A DNA stretch of 42,314 nt. Origin: Methanobacteriota archaeon. GTDB lineage: Archaea > Hydrothermarchaeota > Hydrothermarchaeia > Hydrothermarchaeales > BMS3B. The translations under genes were made by a program, and so were the position numbers. The notes under the pieces are model-generated. The model searched no databases. It saw only the letters and a program-made list of their open reading frames with translations, and was not told where the DNA came from. Positions 18,097 through 25,430 of this stretch are shown piece by piece; position 1 is the stretch's first letter, and the number at the start of each line of letters is the position of its first letter. The stretch is from NCBI GenBank assembly GCA_013152685.1, contig JAADFX010000121.1:1-42314 (forward strand), given 5' to 3'.

Positions 18097-18666
18097 CGCT
18101 CTGAGGAAGCTCCTGCTGCCCCTCCCGTTGGTGGCATACACCTTCTCAGCGCCCGAGCTGAATACGGTGCCCAGGCAGCTCTCACAGAAGAGCAGCGACT
18201 TTCTGTCTATCTCATCCACGGTGCTGGAGAACTTCATGTTGCACTCGCTGTTCTCGCAGTGCACCATGCCCAGGGTGTGCCCCAGCTCATGCAGCGCCTC
18301 CTTGAGCAGCCTCTCCAGGAACAGCTCCCTCTCCCATTCCCGGCCGTGCCGGGCATCCCGGAGTCGGAAGGGGGATATAACCGCCCACCTGCCCCCCAGC
18401 GCCGCAAGGCCGAAGATGTAGTCAACCCCCGCGACGGTGATGTCCCTGTCTATCACGGCGAGCACCCTCTCCGCCGCGGTGGGGCGTGAGGCCAGGGTGT
18501 CCAGGAGGTGGTCTGCCAGCACCTGCCCCCTGGAGTTGAAGCGGAGGGGCACCTCCACCGGAGGCGAAACCACAACCTCACCGAAGAACTCGGCCAGCCT
18601 GTCCCTGAGGTACCGCAGCCACTCGTCCTCAACGCAGCCAATGGGTAGTATCTCGAGCACCGTCAC
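18034..18666 (-). CDS. amzA: Archaemetzincin Zn-metalloprotease
   Basis: KEALHELGHTLGMVHC followed by C-x-M (Met-turn) and FCESC Cys4 zinc site; YIFGLA motif. Confidence 0.9.
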   Translation of the reverse strand: MTVLEILPIGCVEDEWLRYLRDRLAEFFGEVVVSPPVEVPLRFNSRGQVLADHLLDTLASRPTAAERVLAVIDRDITVAGVDYIFGLAALGGRWAVISPFRLRDARHGREWERELFLERLLKEALHELGHTLGMVHCENSECNMKFSSTVDEIDRKSLLFCESCLGTVFSSGAEKVYATNGRGSRSFLRALLGRLRLTQKPGAEQRDKGD

Positions 18667-18730
18667 AGATATACTCTATCTGCTTCACGATTTAAAAATT
18701 TTTTTATATAAGCTTGGAAAATATTTATCC

Positions 18731-20590
18731 ATGAGACACCTCCCCCTGCTCCTGCTGCTGCTCCTATCCCTTCCGGCGGCATTTCCGGCGACGGTGTGTC
18801 CCACGGGGTGCGACTACTCCTCCCTCCAGGAGGCGGTTTCCTCTGCCGCGGAGGGGGAGGTTATACTGGTGAAGGGGGGCAGCTATTCTGTCAATCTGGT
18901 GATAAACAGGAGCCTGACGGTGGTGGGCGAGGGCGGTGTGCTCCTCACGCCGGGAGATAGCAGGCTACCTGTGGTGTACGTGGTGTCCTCCGCCAACGTC
19001 ACCCTCAGGGGGCTGGGCATCGACGGCGCAGGACAGAGCTGCGTGGAGGTGGAGCTGTCACGCGGCGTGAGGCTTGAGGAGCTTGAGCTGAGGTCCTGCC
19101 TCTACGGGCTGAGGGTATCCGACTCCTCGAGGCTCGAGGCGGGGGCGCTTACGGTGGAGGGCGCCTCCTTTGGCGTTGAGGTTCAGAACACCACGGGGGT
19201 GAGGCTCGAGGGGCTCACCCTCAGGTCCCCGACTGTGGCGGGGGTAATCCTCTCCGGTAGCAGCGGCTGCTACCTGGGGAAGAGCAGCATACTCCCTGCT
19301 GGAGCTGCCGGCGGTCTCTATCTTCAGAATTCGGACAGCTGCACCATCTCCGAGGTGCTGGTGAGCGGCGGCGGCACGGCGGTTTCGCTTGACGGCTCCT
19401 CCGGGAACACCCTGAGGGGCATCAGGATAGCAGACTCCTCCACCGGCTTTGAGCTTTCAGGCTCCAGGGACAACACCATAACGGGCAGCTCTGTTTCGAG
19501 TGCCGGCGTCGCCGTGTACCTCAAAAACTCCCGGGGGAACCTGCTCTACGGGAACGACTTCACCTCCGGTGGTCCCCAGGCGGTGGTGGACGATAACCCG
19601 AACCTGTGGAACAGCAGCACCGGCAACTACTGGCGGGACTACGGGGGCAGGGACGCGGATGGCGATGGCTTTGGGGATGTGCCCTACGTTATAAACTCCC
19701 TGAATGTGGACCACCTGCCTGTGGTGAGGCCCTTCTTCGCCTTAGCCACCTCCTCGCCGCCCCCGCCTGCGGGGGGAGGCGCCGGGAAGAGGAGGGACCC
19801 CCTGGCTGCGGGCGAGTTTTTCAGGCTGGATGAGGAGCTTCTACTCAGCATACTGGACTACTTCGACGTCAGGGGTAGGGTGTACTCGGTATCCCCGGCT
19901 GCGGGCGCCGCCCTCCTCGCCATCAGAGACAGGAGTCTGTTTCCTGTGACGGGCGCCGGGGAGGTGGACTCCAGGCTGGGCGCTCCCGCGGAGTGGTCGG
20001 GCGGGGACTACAGCCTGGTTGTGGAGGAGGTGGGCAGCTCCTTCACCTTCTCGGAGGACGTGGTGGTGGCGCGGGGGGACATAGGCGCTGATGCGGTATC
20101 TGCGATAGCCTACGCCAGGGCGAGGAGGATACCCCTGCTCCTGGTGGAGCCCGGGCGCACCCCGGCCGAGGTGAGGGGGCTGATTGAGCGGCTGGGCGTC
20201 CGGAGGGTGGTGATAGTGGGCGGACCACGGGCGGTTTCCCCGGCTGTGGAGCGGGAGCTCGCCTCCCTGGCTGAGGTTGTCCGCATATACGGCGAAACCC
20301 GGGTGGAGACCTCCATCAGAATGGCGCAGGCGCTGGAAGGTGTCCGCGGCACCCCGAGGCTGCTGCTGGTGCAGGACGGCTGGCGCACTTCTCCCGGGGC
20401 TGCGATACTCTCCGCCCTGTATGAGGCTCCAGTGCTCTACGTGAGGGGCGACGAGCTCCCACCCTCTCTCGAGGAGTACCTAAAGGAGCTCTCGGGCAGG
20501 GGTGTGGCGGTGGTTTTTGCGGGGGTTTCCCCACCGGTGGAGTCGGCGGTGAGGGAGATACTCAAAGGTCAGAGAAGCCCCACTCCCTGA
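18731..20590 (+). CDS. Secreted CASH/NosD beta-helix protein with C-terminal cell-wall-binding repeat 2 (CWB2)-like domains
   Basis: ATG 18731 starts a signal peptide (the track start at 18437 overlaps amzA); TVCPTGCDYSSLQEAV; GNYW...DADGDGFGDVPY; ADAVSA...IPLLLV...VVIVGGPRAVS...RIYGETRVETS matches the CWB2 pattern. Confidence 0.82.
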   Translation: MRHLPLLLLLLLSLPAAFPATVCPTGCDYSSLQEAVSSAAEGEVILVKGGSYSVNLVINRSLTVVGEGGVLLTPGDSRLPVVYVVSSANVTLRGLGIDGAGQSCVEVELSRGVRLEELELRSCLYGLRVSDSSRLEAGALTVEGASFGVEVQNTTGVRLEGLTLRSPTVAGVILSGSSGCYLGKSSILPAGAAGGLYLQNSDSCTISEVLVSGGGTAVSLDGSSGNTLRGIRIADSSTGFELSGSRDNTITGSSVSSAGVAVYLKNSRGNLLYGNDFTSGGPQAVVDDNPNLWNSSTGNYWRDYGGRDADGDGFGDVPYVINSLNVDHLPVVRPFFALATSSPPPPAGGGAGKRRDPLAAGEFFRLDEELLLSILDYFDVRGRVYSVSPAAGAALLAIRDRSLFPVTGAGEVDSRLGAPAEWSGGDYSLVVEEVGSSFTFSEDVVVARGDIGADAVSAIAYARARRIPLLLVEPGRTPAEVRGLIERLGVRRVVIVGGPRAVSPAVERELASLAEVVRIYGETRVETSIRMAQALEGVRGTPRLLLVQDGWRTSPGAAILSALYEAPVLYVRGDELPPSLEEYLKELSGRGVAVVFAGVSPPVESAVREILKGQRSPTP

Positions 20591-21857
20591 GGTGGACGTG
20601 CTCCTCACCGCTCCTGAGCCTCTCTATCCTCTCCTCCGTCAGGGCGATGTACCTCCTCAGGTCCTCCTCCAGCCTTGCCACCCTCTCCAGGTCTATCCTG
20701 GAGCCCAGGTCGCCACCGCCTCCCAGCGAGTCCCTGAAGCGTCTGTACTTCTCCAGGCTCTTCTCCATTATTCCGCGCAGGCTGAAGCCACCCAGGAGGA
20801 TGAGCACATCCACTGTGCTCCTTCCGGGCTCTGCGACCAGGCTGGTGTACCTGAGCACTCCCTCCCCTGCCAGGTGCCGGGATGCCCACTCCCTGGCCAC
20901 GTCCTCCAGGTCCTCCTGGGTAATCTCGCCGCCTGTCACCCTCTCCTCGGGTGCCGCAACCACGATGTAGGCCATCGTGCCGGTTCCCCTCTCCACAGGC
21001 GCCATGGCGTTGCCGGAGGCGCTCTCCAGCATCGCCTCCAGGCTCAGCACCTCAGGGTCGTTCCCCAGGCTGAGGCAGGGGGTGAAGTGCACAGTGCCGA
21101 TGTTGCTGGGCAGCTGGTAGTAGTCGGCAATGTCTATAGTGGCCCTGGACCACCGGCTGCTGGGCGCAATGAGCAGGTGTATTGTCCTTATAATCTCCTG
21201 GTTTATCCTGTGGTATCGCTCCGCCCTCTGCCCCCTCCTGATGCCCAGCACCCTCTCCACCTGGGAGTTGTCCACCAGTATCACCAGGGCGGCGTTCTGC
21301 TCACCCTCGTAGCGCAGGAGCCTCGCAAGGCCGCAGATGGCGTTGAAGTGCCTCTGGGGCCCCTCGAAGTCGTAGGGGAGGATTCCCAGCGCCAGGAAGT
21401 TGTTGACCCTCTCCAGCCCCTGTCCCGGGTTCCTCCTCACCCTGTGGATGATGTAGGGCAGCGAGCCGTTCCCCGTGCCTCCGCCCAGGGTGGTGATCCC
21501 CAGAAGCACATCGCTGCTCCTGAGCCTGAGGTCAGCGATGTACCTCCTGATGCTGTCGTAGTCGTCCATCGCCTCCCTCTCACCCAGCACCCAGTTGTTC
21601 CCCGCCCCGCTCGGAGCCCTTCCGAAGATGCAGACGCGCCTCCTCCTTATCCTCTCGAACTCCTTCCTGAGCTCCGGCTCTGAGGCAAATATCTGCTCCA
21701 GGGGCGCCTCCGGCCTCAGGTCTGCCGGCGTAGTGTTCAGCAGCAGCACCCTGTCCTCAATTGCGGGGTTCCTGTACTTTGCGTAGTAGAGGAAGGCTAT
21801 CCTGTTGGCGCCCTGCCCGCTTGCGATTATTCCCCACCGCGTTAGCATTTTCTTCAA
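20562..21857 (-). CDS. Tubulin/FtsZ-superfamily GTPase B with tubulin-like signatures
   Basis: T1 ASGQGANRI, T3 SGAGNNW, T4 LGGGTGNG, FNAI..L..L, T6 ILVDN, T7 IDIAD. TTG at 21857 overlaps the upstream stop; ATG 21848 is an alternative start. Confidence 0.9.
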   Translation of the reverse strand: MKKMLTRWGIIASGQGANRIAFLYYAKYRNPAIEDRVLLLNTTPADLRPEAPLEQIFASEPELRKEFERIRRRRVCIFGRAPSGAGNNWVLGEREAMDDYDSIRRYIADLRLRSSDVLLGITTLGGGTGNGSLPYIIHRVRRNPGQGLERVNNFLALGILPYDFEGPQRHFNAICGLARLLRYEGEQNAALVILVDNSQVERVLGIRRGQRAERYHRINQEIIRTIHLLIAPSSRWSRATIDIADYYQLPSNIGTVHFTPCLSLGNDPEVLSLEAMLESASGNAMAPVERGTGTMAYIVVAAPEERVTGGEITQEDLEDVAREWASRHLAGEGVLRYTSLVAEPGRSTVDVLILLGGFSLRGIMEKSLEKYRRFRDSLGGGGDLGSRIDLERVARLEEDLRRYIALTEERIERLRSGEEHVHLREWGFSDL

Positions 21858-23218
21858 CCCTTCAGCCTGAGCACCTTGCCCTCCAGCACCGCCTCCGGAT
21901 GGGACTCGCTGTACAGCCTCAGGAACTCCTCGGCGTAGCGCACCCCGAGTTCGCCCGCCGAGACCCTGCCCGCCTCCGCCAGCTTCCGGGATATAATCCT
22001 CTCCACCGCGGGGTAGTTCCTGGCTATCTTGACCTCCCTGTACCTCCTGGAGAAGTCTGCGGCTAGGGCGGTGAGCACCTCCAGTGCGCTGCCCGCAAAC
22101 TCCCTGAACTCCCTCCGGGGGTCCAGCTCCGAGATTCTACCCCCGGCGCCCGTCCCCTCCACCGCCCTTCCGAGCTTTCTGAGTTCCTCGTCCAGCACTG
22201 AGATCTCCCTTGCCATCGCCCTGGCGAGCTCCAGGGTGAGCCTCTTCGCCTCCTGGCGGATGCTCCTGAACTCAGCCAGCTGGCCCGGGTCTGTGTAGCT
22301 CTTGGCACGCTCCCTGAGCTCGCGGAGCACCTGCCGTTCCCTCTCAAAGCCCCGGCTCAGCTCCAGCATCCTGTCCAGGTAGGCCAGCACCTCCTCTCTG
22401 GCCTCAAGGAAGGGGCGCGTCAGGTAGCTGGAGACCTCACTCCTGACCCTGAGTAGCCTGTAAACGCTCTCAACCTTCTCCCTCTCCCGCTTTACCCGCT
22501 CCAGCTCCTCCCTGAGGTGGGAGACGTCTGCCACCCCCTCGGCTGTGGTGAGCAGGAACTCGGCCTCCCGAATGCACCTCTCCACCAGCCTCCCGTACTG
22601 CTCCTCACCGCGCCTCCGCTTCTCCAGCAGGTCCTGGAGGCTGGCGGCAGGCATGGATGCAACCCTCCTAAGCTCCTCGTACTCCTCCCTGACGGAGAAG
22701 CCGCCCTCCACCAGCATCTGGGCGGCATCCAGCAGCTCCTGCATGCGCCCAGCCACGGCCTCACCGTAGCTCGCCACCACCAGCGACTCCAGGCTGCGCA
22801 GCTGCTGCTCCACCTTCCTGCTCTCCAGCTCTATGGCGGTCAGGGTCACCCTGTCGATTTTCCCCTCGTTTATCTGGAACTCCCCCGTAAAGAATCCCCT
22901 GGATATCAGCCCCCGCTTTATCCCGGCCAGGTCCTCCATAAAGGGCTCCACGTCCACCATCTCCGACGCTGCCCTGAGGTTCCTCTCCAGCACCTCCACC
23001 GCGTCCTTAATCTTGTTCAGAATTTCAATCTTCAGCAGGACCACAGTTCTGTCGGTTTTGCTCTTCCACCAGGTGTAGACCAGGCTTGCCAGGAGAACGC
23101 TTAGGATCACGCCCACGGCGAGGTAGGACACAAAGCTTATCCCGAAGGTGAGGAGCAGGGCGACCCCCACCCCCAGGGTGAGGAGCACCACGAGTGCGGT
23201 CACCGCGTACTCATTCAT
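21854..23218 (-). CDS. Membrane-anchored long alpha-helical/coiled-coil protein
   Basis: Two N-terminal TMs, about 350 aa of E/R/L-rich helical sequence, and a small C-terminal winged-helix-like segment. 4-nt overlaps with both GTPase genes. Confidence 0.85.
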   Translation of the reverse strand: MNEYAVTALVVLLTLGVGVALLLTFGISFVSYLAVGVILSVLLASLVYTWWKSKTDRTVVLLKIEILNKIKDAVEVLERNLRAASEMVDVEPFMEDLAGIKRGLISRGFFTGEFQINEGKIDRVTLTAIELESRKVEQQLRSLESLVVASYGEAVAGRMQELLDAAQMLVEGGFSVREEYEELRRVASMPAASLQDLLEKRRRGEEQYGRLVERCIREAEFLLTTAEGVADVSHLREELERVKREREKVESVYRLLRVRSEVSSYLTRPFLEAREEVLAYLDRMLELSRGFERERQVLRELRERAKSYTDPGQLAEFRSIRQEAKRLTLELARAMAREISVLDEELRKLGRAVEGTGAGGRISELDPRREFREFAGSALEVLTALAADFSRRYREVKIARNYPAVERIISRKLAEAGRVSAGELGVRYAEEFLRLYSESHPEAVLEGKVLRLKG

Positions 23219-24417
23219 GCTTCCGCCTCACTCTCCAGAAAGTCCTTCTCGTACTCCTCCAGCACCCTCAGCGAGATGTCCTTGTACTGGCTCGCCAGCT
23301 GGCTCAGGGTTCTGAGCCTCGATATCTGGTTGGGACGGTAGGTGAGCAGCACCGTGGCTGTTGCCAGGTTGCGCTTCGTCAGAGCCACGCCGAAGTGGGT
23401 CTCCCCCAGGCGGGAGTGCTCCTCCATGACCTGCTTCGCCATGCTGGTGTTTATCCTCCCGCGCTTTGTCAGGTAAACCGGAGGTATGCGGAGCAGCACT
23501 AGGTTCTTCTCAGCGTGCTCAGGCCTGAGCTCCGCCACAGTCAGCTTCATGAAGCTCCTGTACAGCAGGGAGATCACATCTATCTCCCGGTGCCCCCCGA
23601 AGGGGAATATGTAGTGCAGGAAGTTCCTTGTCCTCTCGGAGGCCCTCCCCAGGGCGGCGAATCCGTGGCGGGTGCGCTTTCCGAAGGAGAAGCTGGTTGC
23701 CGCGATCATGTCCTTGAGGTCGATCACCGGTGCATAGCCCTCATACCTGGAGGGGTCCACCCTCTCTATGGCGGTGCCTATAAGTATGTCCCTTATGCTC
23801 CTCGCCACATACTCGTTGTACCTCTGGAAGAGGCTCTCGGCGCTCTCCGCGTGGGCAAGCTTCTGGTTGTCCACCAGGATTACGGAGTCCACATTCTCTA
23901 TGAGCAGGTTGAGGCTCTCCACGGAATTTTTTGCTGTCAGCCCCCCCTCGTGGGTTGCCGGAAGAACCACAACGGCTATCACGGGAACTCCCATCTCCTT
24001 GAGCACCCCTGCCACCACGGGTCCGGCACCGCTTCCCGTCCCGCCTCCCAGGGCGAAGGCGACAAATGCCACGGGCACACCCACGCCGCTGTCCCCCTCC
24101 CCCACCCTGGTTCTCTCCACAATCACCTCCTTCAGGTTCTCCCTGAAGCGCAGGGCGTCCTCCTCGGCCCTGGCGCGGTTCTTCCCGTAGCCGCCGCTGA
24201 CGAAGTGCTCAAAGCCGTGCATTGTTCCGGGTATGAACCCCCTGTCCCGGGACATCCCCACCCAGTGCTCCCTCCCGAGGTTCTTGAGCGTCTGAAGGTC
24301 CAGGGTGGCTGAGTTGATTGCTATTGGCACCGCTATCTTGAACATCACCTCGTCGTAAAAAGCAGCATCAATTATGGCGCCGCCGCACTGTCCAACACCG
24401 ATAAACACGTAGGGCAT
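23215..24417 (-). CDS. Tubulin/FtsZ-superfamily GTPase A (CetZ-like/non-canonical)
   Basis: FIGVGQCGGAI, GGYGKN, ALGGGTGSG, AKN, ILVDN, YNEYVA, VIDLKD. No FtsZ N-terminal extension or NTD motif. ATG 24417 follows a GGTGG RBS. Confidence 0.92.
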   Translation of the reverse strand: MPYVFIGVGQCGGAIIDAAFYDEVMFKIAVPIAINSATLDLQTLKNLGREHWVGMSRDRGFIPGTMHGFEHFVSGGYGKNRARAEEDALRFRENLKEVIVERTRVGEGDSGVGVPVAFVAFALGGGTGSGAGPVVAGVLKEMGVPVIAVVVLPATHEGGLTAKNSVESLNLLIENVDSVILVDNQKLAHAESAESLFQRYNEYVARSIRDILIGTAIERVDPSRYEGYAPVIDLKDMIAATSFSFGKRTRHGFAALGRASERTRNFLHYIFPFGGHREIDVISLLYRSFMKLTVAELRPEHAEKNLVLLRIPPVYLTKRGRINTSMAKQVMEEHSRLGETHFGVALTKRNLATATVLLTYRPNQISRLRTLSQLASQYKDISLRVLEEYEKDFLESEAEA

Positions 24418-24443
24418 TCTTCCACCGGACCTCGGAGACCAGC

Positions 24444-24475
24444 TTTTATATTTAATTACCAAGGTCAATATAAAA
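24444..24475. promoter_or_regulatory. Overlapping divergent promoters: inverted TATA-like boxes
   Basis: TTTTATATT (24444-24452) and AATATAAAA (24467-24475) form a perfect 9-bp inverted repeat within a 67-bp intergenic gap. Confidence 0.6.
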
Positions 24476-24484
24476 CATTACTGC

Positions 24485-25429
24485 ATGGGCAGGCCGGTGC
24501 TCCTCCTCGTTTTTATCCTCCTCCTGCCGGCGGTGGCGGCGCAGGACTGCGGCAGTGTGCTCACTGAGCTGAGGGGCTTCACCTCCCCCCTTCTCTCCTC
24601 ACAGCCGGAGTTCGCCCAGGTGAAGCAGGATGTGCTCCTCCTCCTGTACTCCCGGGAGCGCGGGGCATGCGGCCCGGATATGGCAGGCTTCGCCTCGCTG
24701 ACGCTTGAGTACCTGCGGGAGGCCCACGAGGCGTACCTGCTCATGAGCTCCGGGGTGCTCAGCGAGCGCAGGAGCGGCGTGGAGAGGCTGGTGGAGGCGG
24801 CGAACCTGCTGGCTGAGATGGAGTCCTACGCATCGACGCTTGGTCCTGTGGCGGAGGATGCGGTGTTCGCCGCCAGGGAGGGCAGGCGGGGGCTGCTGCT
24901 TGCCCAGGGCATGAGCTCCGAGAGGATGGCGGAGGAGTCCCCGGGCACCCGGGAGAAGCTGGAGCACCTTGAGCTGGCGATAATGAGCTATGAGGCGGCG
25001 GACGCCCTCCAGGCGAAGAGCCTTGAGGTCAGGAGGCAGAACCTGGAGGAGAGGTACACCGCCGACATGGCAGAGGCGGCGCGGCACCTGGAGGAGGCGT
25101 CCATCAGGCTCCGCAGGGCGGTTGAGCTCCGCGACGCCTTTCCCGGCTTCATAGACGCCTACGCCCTTGCCAGGGAGGCGAGGCTGGAGCTCCTCAGGGC
25201 TGGAGAGCTGTACTCTCTCCACAGGGAAGAGGAGATGCTCAGGCAGGTGGAGAGCAGCCTGTCCACAGCCCAGGAAATCTACACCACCTCCCGCCGCAGA
25301 ATACTCCTGCTCTTTGCCCTTGTGGCGGCTGTTCTCACCTCCCTCTCAGTCTACATACAGAGCAGGATCCGGAGCTGGGAGCGGGACAACCACGAGTGCA
25401 GCCTGGGAAATGAGCTGGTGGGTGTGTGA
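24485..25429 (+). CDS. Secreted all-helical bitopic membrane protein
   Basis: Signal peptide (PAVAA-Q), TPR/SNAP-like helical body, C-terminal TM and cytoplasmic tail RSWERDNHECSLGNELVG. Confidence 0.8.
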   Translation: MGRPVLLLVFILLLPAVAAQDCGSVLTELRGFTSPLLSSQPEFAQVKQDVLLLLYSRERGACGPDMAGFASLTLEYLREAHEAYLLMSSGVLSERRSGVERLVEAANLLAEMESYASTLGPVAEDAVFAAREGRRGLLLAQGMSSERMAEESPGTREKLEHLELAIMSYEAADALQAKSLEVRRQNLEERYTADMAEAARHLEEASIRLRRAVELRDAFPGFIDAYALAREARLELLRAGELYSLHREEEMLRQVESSLSTAQEIYTTSRRRILLLFALVAAVLTSLSVYIQSRIRSWERDNHECSLGNELVGV

Positions 25430-25430
25430 G

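Noticed and set aside
14734..20590. NosD-like domains as evidence for nitrous-oxide reduction
   Set aside because: No nosZ/F/Y/L nearby; CASH beta-helices are common in archaeal surface proteins.
20562..24417. Calling the GTPases ftsZ, cetZ or tubZ
   Set aside because: FtsZ-specific motifs are missing, no TubR or plasmid context is present, and the subfamily cannot be fixed without a phylogeny.
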